NCBI RefSeq assembly: GCF_009914755.1
Contig: NC_060944.1
Origin: the human T2T-CHM13v2.0 reference genome, Homo sapiens
Strand: one strand, 5' to 3'
Length of the DNA: 64,000 bases
How positions within the stretch are numbered: the stretch's first letter is position 1; the number at the start of each line of letters is the position of its first letter. Positions 10,601 through 24,600 of this stretch are shown piece by piece. Below the pieces are notes generated by a model. It saw only the letters and a program-made list of their open reading frames with translations. It did not search any database and was not told the DNA's origin. A program made the translations under genes and the position numbers.

Positions 10601-13600
10601 ACAGAAGCATTCTCAGAAACGACTTTCTGATTTGTGTACTCAACTCACAGAGTTAAACCTTTCCTTTGATACAGCAGTTCGGAAACACTCTTCTTGTAGA
10701 ATTTACGAGCGGATATAAGGACAGCAGTGAGGATTTCATCGGAAACGGAATATCTTCACATAAAAGTAGACAGAAGCATTCTCAGAAAGTTCTTTGTAAT
10801 GTGTGCATTCAACTCACAGAGTTGAAACTTTCTTTTGATAGAGCAGATAGGAAGCCCTCTTTTTGTAGAATTTGCAAGTGGATATCTGGACAGCTTTGAG
10901 GCCTTCCCTGGAAACGAGTGTATCTTCACATAAACACTAGACAGAAGCATCCTTAGAAACTTGTTGGTGATGCTTGCATTCAACTCACAGAATTGAACAT
11001 TTCTTTTCCTAGAGCAGTTTTGAAACACTCTTTTTGTAGTATCTGGAAGCGGACATTTGGAGCACTTTGAGGCCTAGGGTGAAAAAGGAAATATCTTCAC
11101 ATAAAAACTAGACAGAAGCCTTCTCTGAAACTTCTTTGTGATGTGTGTACTCAACTCACAGAGTTGAACTTTTCTTCTCATAGATCAGATTTGAAACCCT
11201 CTTTTTGTAGAGTCTGCAAGTGTATATTTGGATAGCTTTGAGGATTTCATTGGAAACGGGAATATCTTCCCATAAAAACTAGAAAGAAGCATTCTCAGAA
11301 AGTTCTTTGTGATGCTTGCATTCAACTCACAGAGTTGAACATTCCCTTTCATACAGCAGTTTGGAAACACTCTTTTTGTAGTATCTGGAAGTGGACCTTT
11401 GGAGCGCTTTGGGGCCTAGGGTGAAAAAGGAAATATCCTCACCTAAAAACTAGACAGAAGCATTCTCAGAAACTTCTTTGTGATGTGTGTAGTCAACTCA
11501 CAGAGTTGAACCTTTCTTTTGATACAGCAGTTTTGAAACACTCTTTTTGTAGAATCTGCAAGTGGTTATTTTGATAGCTTTGAGGCTTTCATTGGAAACG
11601 GGAATATCTTCACATAAAAACTAGACAGAAGCATTCTCAGAAACATCTTTATGAAGTTTGCATTCAACTCAGAGAGTTGAACTTTCCATTCCATACAGCG
11701 GTTTTGAAACTCTCTTTTTCTAGAATCTGTAAGTGGAAACTTGGAGCGCTTCGAGGCCTATGGTGAAAAAGGGAATATCTTCCCATAAAAAGTAGACAGA
11801 AGAATTCTCAGTAACTACTTTGTGATGTGTGTACTCAACTCACAGAGTTGAACTTTTCTTTTGAAAGAGAAGTTTTGAAACACTCTTTTTGTAGAATGTG
11901 CAAATGGGTATTTAGCCTGATTTGAGGCCTTCAGTGGAATGGGAATATCTTCACATAAAACTAGACAGAAGCATTCTCAGAAACTTCGTTGTGATGTGTG
12001 CATTCAACTCCCAGAGTTGAACCTCTCTTTTGATAGAGCAGTTCTGAAACAATCTTTTTGTGGTATCTGGAAGTGGACGTTTGGAGCGATTCGAGGCCTA
12101 TGGTGAAAAAGGCAATATCTTCACCTAAAAACTAGACAGAAGCATTCTCAGAAACTGCTTTGTGATATGTGTAGTCAACTCACGGAGTTGAAACTTGGTT
12201 TTGATACAGCAGTTTTGAAACACTCTTTTTGTTAGAATCTTCAAGTGGATATTTGGATAGCTTTGAGGCTTTCATTGGAAACGGGAATATCTACACATAA
12301 GAACTAGACAGAAGCATTCTCAGAAAGTTCTTTATGAAGTTCTCATTCAACTCACAGAGTTGTACCTTCCTTTTCACACAGCAGTTTTGAGACATTCTTT
12401 TTGTAGAATCTGCAAGTGGACATTTGGAGTGATTTGAGACATAGGGTGAAAAAGGAATATCTTCCCATAAAAAGTAGACAGAAGCATTCTCAGAAACGAC
12501 TTTCTGATTTGTGTACTCAACTCACAGAGTTAAACCTTTCCTTTGATACAGCAGTTCGGAAACACTCTTCTTGTAGAATTTACGAGCGGATATAAGGACA
12601 GCAGTGAGGCTTTCATCGGAAACGGAATATCGTCACATAAAAGTAGACAGAAGCATTCTCAGAAAGTTCTTTGTAATGTGTGCATTCAACTCACAGAGTT
12701 GAAACTTTCTTTTGATAGAGCAGATAGGAATCCCTCTTTTTGTAAAATTTGCAAGTGGATATCTGGACAGCTTTGAGGCCTTCCCTGGAAACGAGTGTGT
12801 CTTCACATAAACACTAGACAGAAGCATCCTTAGAAACTTGTTGGTGATGCTTGCATTCAACTCACAGAATTGAACATTTCTTTTCCTAGAGCAGTTTTGA
12901 AACACTCTTTTTGTAGTATCTGGAAGCGGACATTTGGAGCACTTTGAGGCCTAGGGTGAAAAAGGAAATATCTTCACATAAAAACTAGACAGAAGCCTTC
13001 TCTGAAACTTCTTTGTGATGTGTGTACTCAACTCACAGAGTTGAACTTTTCTTCTCATAGATCAGATTTGAAACCCTCTTTTTGTAGAGTCTGCAAGTGT
13101 ATATTTGGATAGCTTTGAGGATTTCATTGGAAACGGGAATATCTTCCCATAAAAACTAGAAAGAAGCATTCTCAGAAAGTTCTTTGTGATGCTTGCATTC
13201 AACTCACAGAGTTGAACATTCCCTTTCATACAGCAGTTTGGAAACACTCTTTTTGTTGTATCTGGAAGTGGACCTTTGGAGCGCTTTGGGGCCTAGGGTG
13301 AAAAAGGAAATATCCTCACCTAAAAACTAGACAGAAGCATTCTCAGAAACTTCTTTGTGATGTGTGTAGTGAACTCACAGAGTTGAACCTTTCTTTTGAT
13401 ACAGCAGTTTTGAAACACTCTTTTTGTAGAATCTGCAAGTGGTTATTTTGATAGCTTTGAGGCTTTCATTGGAAACGGGAATATCTTCACATAAAAACTA
13501 GACAGAAGCATTCTCAGAAACATCTTTATGAAGTTTGCATTCAACTCAGAGAGTTGAACTTTCCATTCCATACAGCGGTTTTGAAACTCTCTTTTTCTAG

Positions 13601-16600
13601 AATCTGTAAGTGGAAACTTGGAGCGCTTCGAGGCCTATGGTGAAAAAGGGAATATCTTCCCATAAAAAGTAGACAGAAGAATTCTCAGTAACTACTTTGT
13701 GATGTGTGTACTCAACTCACAGAGTTGAACTTTTCTTTTGAAAGAGAAGTTTTGAAACACTCTTTTTGTAGAATCTGCAAATGGGTATTTAGCCTGATTT
13801 GAGGCCTTCAGTGGAATGGGAATATCTTCACATAAAACTAGACAGAAGCATTCTCAGAAACTTCGTTGTGATGTGTGCATTCAACTCCCAGAGTTGAACC
13901 TCTCTTTTGATAGAGCAGTTCTGAAACAATCTTTTTGTGGTATCTGGAAGTGGACGTTTGGAGCGATTCGAGGCCTATGGTGAAAAAGGCAATATCTTCA
14001 CCTAAAAACTAGACAGAAGCATTCTCCGAAACTGCTTTGTGATATGTGTAGTCAACTCACGGAGTTGAAACTTTGTTTTGATGCAGCAGTTTTGAAACAC
14101 TCTTTTTGTTAGAATCTTCAAGTGGATATTTGGATAGCTTTGAGGCTTTCATTGGAAACGGGAATATCTACACATAAGAACTAGACAGAAGCATTCTCAG
14201 AAAGTTCTTTATGAAGTTCGCATTCAACTCACAGAGTTGTACATTCCTTTTCACACAGCAGTTTTGAGACATTCTTTTTGTAGAATCTGCAAGTGGACAT
14301 TTGGAGTGATTTGAGACATAGGGTGAAAAAGGAATATCTTCCCATAAAAAGTAGACAGAAGCATTCTCAGAAACGACTTTCTGATTTGTGTACTCAACTC
14401 ACAGATTTAACCCTTTCCTTTGATACAGCAGTTCGGGAACACTCTTCTTATAGAATTTACGAGCGGATATAAGGACAGCAGTGAGGATTTCATCGGAAAC
14501 GGAATATCTTCACATAAAAGTAGACAGAAGCATTCTCAGAAAGTTCTTTGTAATGTGTGCATTCAACTCACAGAGTTGAAACTTTCTTTTGATAGAGCAG
14601 ATAGGAAGCCCTCTTTTTGTAGAGTTTGCAAGTGGATATCTGGACAGCTTTGAGGCCTTCCCTGGAAACGAGTGTATCTTCACATATACACTAGACAGAA
14701 GCATCCTCAGAAACTTGTTGGTGATGCTTGCATTCAACTCACAGAATTGAACATTTCATTTCCTAGAGCAGTTTTGAAACACTCTTTTTGTAGTATCTGG
14801 AAGCGGACATTTGGAGCACTTTGAGGCCTAGGGTGAAAAAGGAAATATCTTCACATAAAAACTAGACAGAAGCATTCTCTGAAACTTCTTTGTGATGTGT
14901 GTACTCAACTCACAGAGTTGAACTTTTCTTCTCATAGATCAGATTTGAAACCCTCTTTTTGTAGAGTCTGCAAGTGTATATTTGGATAGCTTTGAGGATT
15001 TCATTGGAAACGGGAATATCTTCCCATAAAAACTAGAAAGAAGCATTCTCAGAAACTTCTTTGTGATGCTTGCATTCAACTCACAGAGTTGAACATTCCC
15101 TTTCATACAGCAGTTTGGAAACACTCTTTTTGTAGTATCTGGAAGTGGACCTTTGGAGCGCTTTGGGGCCTAGGGTGAAAAAGGAAATATCCTCACCTAA
15201 AAACCAGACAGAAGCATTCTCAGAAACTTCTTTGTGATGTGTGTAGTCAACTCACAGAGTTGAACCTTTCTTTTGATACAGCAGTTTTGAAACACTCTTT
15301 TTGTAGAATCTGCAAGTGGTTATTTTGATAGCTTTGAGGCTTTCATTGGAAACGGGAATATCTTCACATAAAAACTAGACAGAAGCATTCTCAGAAACTT
15401 CTTTATGAAGTTTGCATTCAACTCACAGAGTTGAACTTTCCGTTCCATACAGCGGTTTTGAAACTCTCTTTTTCTAGAATCTGTAAGTGGAAACTTGGAG
15501 CGCTTCGAGGCCTATGGTGAAAAAGGGAATATCTTCCCATAAAAAGTAGACAGAAGAATTCTCAGTAACTACTTTGTGATGTGTGTACTCAACTCACAGA
15601 GTTGAACTTTTCTTTTGAAAGAGAAGTTTTGAAACACTCTTTTTGTAGAATCTGCAAATGGGTATTTAGCCTGCTGTGAGGCCTTCATTGGAAACGGGAA
15701 TATCTTCACATAAAACTAGACAGAAGCATTCTCAGAAACTTCGTTGTGATGTGTGCATTCAACTCCCAGAGTTGAACCTCTCTTTTGATAGAGCAGTTCT
15801 GAAACAATCTTTTTGTGGTATCTGGAAGTGGACGTTTGGAGCGATTCGAGGCCTATGGTGAAAAAGGCAATATCTTCACCTAAAAACTAGACAGAAGCAT
15901 TCTCAGAAACTGCTTTGTGATATGTGTAGTCAAGTCACGGAGTTGAAACTTGATTTTGATGCAGCAGTTTTGAAACACTCTTTTTGTTAGAATCTTCAAG
16001 TGGATATTTGGATAGCTTTGAGGCTTTCATGGGAAACGGGAATATCTACACATAAGAACTAGACAGAAGCATTCTCAGAAAGTTCTTTATGAAGTTCGCA
16101 TTCAACTCACAGAGTTGTACCTTCCTTTTCACACAGCAGTTTTGAGACATTCTTTTTGTAGAATCTGCAAGTGGACATTTGGAGTGATTTGAGACATAGG
16201 GTGAAAAAGGAATATCTTCCCATAAAAAGTAGACAGAAGCATTCTCAGAAACGACTTTCTGATTTGTGTACTCAACTCACAGAGTTAAACCTTTCCTTTG
16301 ATACAGCAGTTCGGAAACACTCTTCTTGTAGAATTTACGAGCGGATATAAGGACAGCAGTGAGGATTTCATCGGAAACGGAATATCTTCACATAAAAGTA
16401 GACAGAAGCATTCTCAGAAAGTTCTTTGTAATGTGTGCATTCAACTCACAGAGTTGAAACTTTCTTTTGATAGAGCAGATAGGAAGCCCTCTTTTTGTAG
16501 AATTTGCAAGTGGATATCTGGACAGCTTTGAGGCCTTCCCTGGAAACGAGTGTATCTTCACATAAACACTAGACAGAAGCATCCTTAGAAACTTGTTGGT

Positions 16601-19600
16601 GATGCTTGCATTCAACTCACAGAATTGAACATTTCTTTTCCTAGAGCAGTTTTGAAACACTCTTTTTGTAGTATCTGGAAGCGGACATTTGGAGCACTTT
16701 GAGGCCTAGGGTGAAAAAGGAAATATCTTCACATAAAAACTAGACAGAAGCCTTCTCTGAAACTTCTTTGTGATGTGTGTACTCAACTCACAGAGTTGAA
16801 CTTTTCTTCTCATAGATCAGATTTGAAACCCTCTTTTTGTAGAGTCTGCAAGTGTATATTTGGATAGCTTTGAGGATTTCATTGGAAACGGGAATATCTT
16901 CCCATAAAAACTAGAAAGAAGCATTCTCAGAAAGTTCTTTGTGATGCTTGCATTCAACTCACAGAGTTGAACATTCCCTTTCATACAGCAGCTTGGAAAC
17001 ACTCTTTTTGTAGTATCTGGAAGTGGACCTTTGGAGCGCTTTGGGGCCTAGGGTGAAAAAGGAAATATCCTCACCTAAAAACTAGACAGAAGCATTCTCA
17101 GAAACTTCTTTGTGATGTGTGTAGTCAACTCACAGAGTTGAACCTTTCTTTTGATACAGCAGTTTTGAAACACTCTTTTTGTAGAATCTGCAAGTGGTTA
17201 TTTTGATAGCTTTGAGGCTTTCATTGGAAACGGGAATATCTTCACATAAAAACTAGACAGAAGCATTCTCAGAAACATCTTTATGAAGTTTGCATTCAAC
17301 TCAGAGAGTTGAACTTTCCATTCCATACAGCGGTTTTGAAACTCTCTTTTTCTAGAATCTGTAAGTGGAAACTTGGAGCGCTTCGAGGCCTATGGTGAAA
17401 AAGGGAATCTCTTCCCATAAAAAGTAGACAGAAGAATTCTCAGTAACTACTTTGTGATGTGTGTACTCAACTCACAGAGTTGAACTTTTCTTTTGAAAGA
17501 GAAGTTTTGAAACACTCTTTTTGTAGAATCTGCAAATGGGTATTTAGCCTGATTTGAGGCCTTCAGTGGAATGGGAATATCTTCACATAAAACTAGACAG
17601 AAGCATTCTCAGAAACTTCGTTGTGATGTGTGCATTCAACTCCCAGAGTTGAACCTCTCTTTTGATAGAGCAGTTCTGAAACAATCTTTTTGTGGTATCT
17701 GGAAGTGGACGTTTGGAGCGATTCGAGGCCTATGGTGAAAAAGGCAATATCTTCACCTAAAAACTAGACAGAAGCATTCTCAGAAACTGCTTTGTGATAT
17801 GTGTAGTCAACTCACGGAGTTGAAACTTGGTTTTGATACAGCAGTTTTGAAACACTCTTTTTGTTAGAATCTTCAAGTGGATATTTGGATAGCTTTGAGG
17901 CTTTCATTGGAAACGGGAATATCTACACATAAGAACTAGACAGAAGCATTCTCAGAAAGTTCTTTATGAAGTTCGCATTCAACTCACAGAGTTGTACCTT
18001 CCTTTTCACACAGCAGTTTTGAGACATTCTTTTTGTAGAATCTGCAAGTGGACATTTGGAGTGATTTGAGACATAGGGTGAAAAAGGAATATCTTCCCAT
18101 AAAAAGTAGACAGAAGCATTCTCAGAAACGACTTTCTGATTTGTGTACTCAACTCACAGAGTTAAACCTTTCCTTTGATACAGCAGTTCGGAAACACTCT
18201 TCTTGTAGAATTTACGAGCGGATATAAGGACAGCAGTGAGGCTTTCATCGGAAACGGAATATCGTCACATAAAAGTAGACAGAAGCATTCTCAGAAAGTT
18301 CTTTGTAATGTGTGCATTCAACTCACAGAGTTGAAACTTTCTTTTGATAGAGCAGATAGGAATCCCTCTTTTTGTAAAATTTGCAAGTGGATATCTGGAC
18401 AGCTTTGAGGCCTTCCCTGGAAACGAGTGTGTCTTCACATAAACACTAGACAGAAGCATCCTTAGAAACTTGTTGGTGATGCTTGCATTCAACTCACAGA
18501 ATTGAACATTTCTTTTCCTAGAGCAGTTTTGAAACACTCTTTTTGTAGTATCTGGAAGCGGACATTTGGAGCACTTTGAGGCCTAGGGTGAAAAAGGAAA
18601 TATCTTCACATAAAAACTAGACAGAAGCCTTCTCTGAAACTTCTTTGTGATGTGTGTACTCAACTCACAGAGTTGAACTTTTCTTCTCATAGATCAGATT
18701 TGAAACCCTCTTTTTGTAGAGTCTGCAAGTGTATATTTGGATAGCTTTGAGGATTTCATTGGAAACGGGAATATCTTCCCATAAAAACTAGAAAGAAGCA
18801 TTCTCAGAAAGTTCTTTGTGATGCTTGCATTCAACTCACAGAGTTGAACATTCCCTTTCATACAGCAGTTTGGAAACACTCTTTTTGTAGTATCTGGAAG
18901 TGGACCTTTGGAGCGCTTTGGGGCCTAGGGTGAAAAAGGAAATATCCTCACCTAAAAACTAGACAGAAGCATTCTCAGAAACTTCTTTGTGATGTGTGTA
19001 GTGAACTCACAGAGTTGAACCTTTCTTTTGATACAGCAGTTTTGAAACACTCTTTTTGTAGAATCTGCAAGTGGTTATTTTGATAGCTTTGAGGCTTTCA
19101 TTGGAAACGGGAATATCTTCACATAAAAACTAGACAGAAGCATTCTCAGAAACATCTTTATGAAGTTTGCATTCAACTCAGAGAGTTGAACTTTCCATTC
19201 CATACAGCGGTTTTGAAACTCTCTTTTTCTAGAATCTGTAAGTGGAAACTTGGAGCGCTTCGAGGCCTATGGTGAAAAAGGGAATATCTTCCCATAAAAA
19301 GTAGACAGAAGAATTCTCAGTAACTACTTTGTGATGTGTGTACTCAACTCACAGAGTTGAACTTTTCTTTTGAAAGAGAAGTTTTGAAACACTCTTTTTG
19401 TAGAATCTGCAAATGGGTATTTAGCCTGATTTGAGGCCTTCAGTGGAATGGGAATATCTTCACATAAAACTAGACAGAAGCATTCTCAGAAACTTCGTTG
19501 TGATTTGTGCATTGAACTCCCAGAGTTGAACCTCTCTTTTGATAGAGCAGTTCTGAAACAATCTTTTTGTGGTATCTGGAAGTGGACGTTTGGAGCGATT

Positions 19601-22600
19601 CGAGGCCTATGGTGAAAAAGGCAATATCTTCACCTAAAAACTAGACAGAAGCATTCTCCGAAACTGCTTTGTGATATGTGTAGTCAACTCACGGAGTTGA
19701 AACTTTGTTTTGATGCAGCAGTTTTGAAACACTCTTTTTGTTAGAATCTTCAAGTGGATATTTGGATAGCTTTGAGGCTTTCATTGGAAACGGGAATATC
19801 TACACATAAGAACTAGACAGAAGCATTCTCAGAAAGTTCTTTATGAAGTTCGCATTCAACTCACAGAGTTGTACATTCCTTTTCACACAGCAGTTTTGAG
19901 ACATTCTTTTTGTAGAATCTGCAAGTGGACATTTGGAGTGATTTGAGACATAGGGTGAAAAAGGAATATCTTCCCATAAAAAGTAGACAGAAGCATTCTC
20001 AGAAACGACTTTCTGATTTGTGTACTCAACTCACAGATTTAACCCTTTCCTTTGATACAGCAGTTCGGGAACACTCTTCTTATAGAATTTACGAGCGGAT
20101 ATAAGGACAGCAGTGAGGATTTCATCGGAAACGGAATATCTTCACATAAAAGTAGACAGAAGCATTCTCAGAAAGTTCTTTGTAATGTGTGCATTCAACT
20201 CACAGAGTTGAAACTTTCTTTTGATAGAGCAGATAGGAAGCCCTCTTTTTGTAGAGTTTGCAAGTGGATATCTGGACAGCTTTGAGGCCTTCCCTGGAAA
20301 CGAGTGTATCTTCACATATACACTAGACAGAAGCATCCTCAGAAACTTGTTGGTGATGCTTGCATTCAACTCACAGAATTGAACATTTCATTTCCTAGAG
20401 CAGTTTTGAAACACTCTTTTTGTAGTATCTGGAAGCGGACATTTGGAGCACTTTGAGGCCTAGGGTGAAAAAGGAAATATCTTCACATAAAAACTAGACA
20501 GAAGCATTCTCTGAAACTTCTTTGTGATGTGTGTACTCAACTCACAGAGTTGAACTTTTCTTCTCATAGATCAGATTTGAAACCCTCTTTTTGTAGAGTC
20601 TGCAAGTGTATATTTGGATAGCTTTGAGGATTTCATTGGAAACGGGAATATCTTCCCATAAAAACTAGAAAGAAGCATTCTCAGAAACTTCTTTGTGATG
20701 CTTGCATTCAACTCACAGAGTTGAACATTCCCTTTCATACAGCAGTTTGGAAACACTCTTTTTGTAGTATCTGGAAGTGGACCTTTGGAGCGCTTTGGGG
20801 CCTAGGGTGAAAAAGGAAATATCCTCACCTAAAAACCAGACAGAAGCATTCTCAGAAACTTCTTTGTGATGTGTGTAGTCAACTCACAGAGTTGAACCTT
20901 TCTTTTGATACAGCAGTTTTGAAACACTCTTTTTGTAGAATCTGCAAGTGGTTATTTTGATAGCTTTGAGGCTTTCATTGGAAACGGGAATATCTTCACA
21001 TAAAAACTAGACAGAAGCATTCTCAGAAACTTCTTTATGAAGTTTGCATTCAACTCAGAGAGTTGAACTTTCCATTCCATACAGCGGTTTTGAAACTCTC
21101 TTTTTCTAGAATCTGTAAGTGGAAACTTGGAGCGCTTCGAGGCCTATGGTGAAAAAGGGAATATCTTCCCATAAAAAGTAGACAGAAGAATTCTCAGTAA
21201 CTACTTTGTGATGTGTGTACTCAACTCACAGAGTTGAACTTTTCTTTTGAAAGAGAAGTTTTGAAACACTCTTTTTGTAGAATCTGCAAATGGGTATTTA
21301 GCCTGCTGTGAGGCCTTCATTGGAAACGGGAATATCTTCACATAAAACTAGACAGAAGCATTCTCAGAAACTTCGTTGTGATGTGTGCATTCAACTCCCA
21401 GAGTTGAACCTCTCTTTTGATAGAGCAGTTCTGAAACAATCTTTTTGTGGTATCTGGAAGTGGACGTTTGGAGCGATTCGAGGCCTATGGTGAAAAAGGC
21501 AATATCTTCACCTAAAAACTAGACAGAAGCATTCTCAGAAACTGCTTTGTGATATGTGTAGTCAAGTCACGGAGTTGAAACTTGGTTTTGATGCAGCAGT
21601 TTTGAAACACTCTTTTTGTTAGAATCTTCAAGTGGATATTTGGATAGCTTTGAGGCTTTCATGGGAAACGGGAATATCTACACATAAGAACTAGACAGAA
21701 GCATTCTCAGAAAGTTCTTTATGAAGTTCGCATTCAACTCACAGAGTTGTACCTTCCTTTTCACACAGCAGTTTTGAGACATTCTTTTTGTAGAATCTGC
21801 AAGTGGACATTTGGAGTGATTTGAGACATAGGGTGAAAAAGGAATATCTTCCCATAAAAAGTAGACAGAAGCATTCTCAGAAACGACTTTCTGATTTGTG
21901 TACTCAACTCACAGAGTTAAACCTTTCCTTTGATACAGCAGTTCGGAAACACTCTTCTTGTAGAATTTACGAGCGGATATAAGGACAGCAGTGAGGATTT
22001 CATCGGAAACGGAATATCTTCACATAAAAGTAGACAGAAGCATTCTCAGAAAGTTCTTTGTAATGTGTGCATTCAACTCACAGAGTTGAAACTTTCTTTT
22101 GATAGAGCAGATAGGAAGCCCTCTTTTTGTAGAATTTGCAAGTGGATATCTGGACAGCTTTGAGGCCTTCCCTGGAAACGAGTGTATCTTCACATAAACA
22201 CTAGACAGAAGCATCCTTAGAAACTTGTTGGTGATGCTTGCATTCAACTCACAGAATTGAACATTTCTTTTCCTAGAGCAGTTTTGAAACACTCTTTTTG
22301 TAGTATCTGGAAGCGGACATTTGGAGCACTTTGAGGCCTAGGGTGAAAAAGGAAATATCTTCACATAAAAACTAGACAGAAGCCTTCTCTGAAACTTCTT
22401 TGTGATGTGTGTACTCAACTCACAGAGTTGAACTTTTCTTCTCATAGATCAGATTTGAAACCCTCTTTTTGTAGAGTCTGCAAGTGTATATTTGGATAGC
22501 TTTGAGGATTTCATTGGAAACGGGAATATCTTCCCATAAAAACTAGAAAGAAGCATTCTCAGAAAGTTCTTTGTGATGCTTGCATTCAACTCACAGAGTT

Positions 22601-24600
22601 GAACATTCCCTTTCATACAGCAGTTTGGAAACACTCTTTTTGTAGTATCTGGAAGTGGACCTTTGGAGCGCTTTGGGGCCTAGGGTGAAAAAGGAAATAT
22701 CCTCACCTAAAAACTAGACAGAAGCATTCTCAGAAACTTCTTTGTGATGTGTGTAGTGAACTCACAGAGTTGAACCTTTCTTTTGATACAGCAGTTTTGA
22801 AACACTCTTTTTGTAGAATCTGCAAGTGGTTATTTTGATAGCTTTGAGGCTTTCATTGGAAACGGGAATATCTTCACATAAAAACTAGACAGAAGCATTC
22901 TCAGAAACATCTTTATGAAGTTTGCATTCAACTCAGAGAGTTGAACTTTCCATTCCATACAGCGGTTTTGAAACTCTCTTTTTCTAGAATCTGTAAGTGG
23001 AAACTTGGAGCGCTTCGAGGCCTATGGTGAAAAAGGGAATATCTTCCCATAAAAAGTAGACAGAAGAATTCTCAGTAACTACTTTGTGATGTGTGTACTC
23101 AACTCACAGAGTTGAACTTTTCTTTTGAAAGAGAAGTTTTGAAACACTCTTTTTGTAGAATCTGCAAATGGGTATTTAGCCTGATTTGAGGCCTTCAGTG
23201 GAATGGGAATATCTTCACATAAAACTAGACAGAAGCATTCTCAGAAACTTCGTTGTGATGTGTGCATTCAACTCCCAGAGTTGAACCTCTCTTTTGATAG
23301 AGCAGTTCTGAAACAATCTTTTTGTGGTATCTGGAAGTGGACGTTTGGAGCGATTCGAGGCCTATGGTGAAAAAGGCAATATCTTCACCTAAAAACTAGA
23401 CAGAAGCATTCTCAGAAACTGCTTTGTGATATGTGTAGTCAAGTCACGGAGTTGAAACTTGGTTTTGATGCAGCAGTTTTGAAACACTCTTTTTGTTAGA
23501 ATCTTCAAGTGGATATTTGGATAGCTTTGAGGCTTTCATGGGAAACGGGAATATCTACACATAAGAACTAGACAGAAGCATTCTCAGAAAGTTCTTTATG
23601 AAGTTCGCATTCAACTCACAGAGTTGTACCTTCCTTTTCACACAGCAGTTTTGAGACATTCTTTTTGTAGAATCTGCAAGTGGACATTTGGAGTGATTTG
23701 AGACATAGGGTGAAAAAGGAATATCTTCCCATAAAAAGTAGACAGAAGCATTCTCAGAAACGACTTTCTGATTTGTGTACTCAACTCACAGAGTTAAACC
23801 TTTCCTTTGATACAGCAGTTCGGAAACACTCTTCTTGTAGAATTTACGAGCGGATATAAGGACAGCAGTGAGGATTTCATCGGAAACGGAATATCTTCAC
23901 ATAAAAGTAGACAGAAGCATTCTCAGAAAGTTCTTTGTAATGTGTGCATTCAACTCACAGAGTTGAAACTTTCTTTTGATAGAGCAGATAGGAAGCCCTC
24001 TTTTTGTAGAATTTGCAAGTGGATGTCTGGACAGCTTTGAGGCCTTCCCTGGAAACGAGTGTATCTTCACATAAACACTAGACAGAAGCATCCTTAGAAA
24101 CTTGTTGGTGATGCTTGCATTCAACTCACAGAATTGAACATTTCTTTTCCTAGAGCAGTTTTGAAACACTCTTTTTGTAGTATCTGGAAGCGGACATTTG
24201 GAGCACTTTGAGGCCTAGGGTGAAAAAGGAAATATCTTCACATAAAAACTAGACAGAAGCCTTCTCTGAAACTTCTTTGTGATGTGTGTACTCAACTCAC
24301 AGAGTTGAACTTTTCTTCTCATAGATCAGATTTGAAACCCTCTTTTTGTAGAGTCTGCAAGTGTATATTTGGATAGCTTTGAGGATTTCATTGGAAACGG
24401 GAATATCTTCCCATAAAAACTAGAAAGAAGCATTCTCAGAAAGTTCTTTGTGATGCTTGCATTCAACTCACAGAGTTGAACATTCCCTTTCATACAGCAG
24501 TTTGGAAACACTCTTTTTGTAGTATCTGGAAGTGGACCTTTGGAGCGCTTTGGGGCCTAGGGTGAAAAAGGAAATATCCTCACCTAAAAACTAGGCAGAA
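1650..24600 (+). repeat. Super-HOR duplication with 13,141-bp (7-HOR) period; boundaries approximate
   Basis: The order of HOR variants repeats at +13141. Rare shared SNVs: CCGTTCC 2301/15442, CAGCTTGG ~3851/~16992, GATTTGTGCATTGAAC ~6361/~19502. Confidence 0.8.
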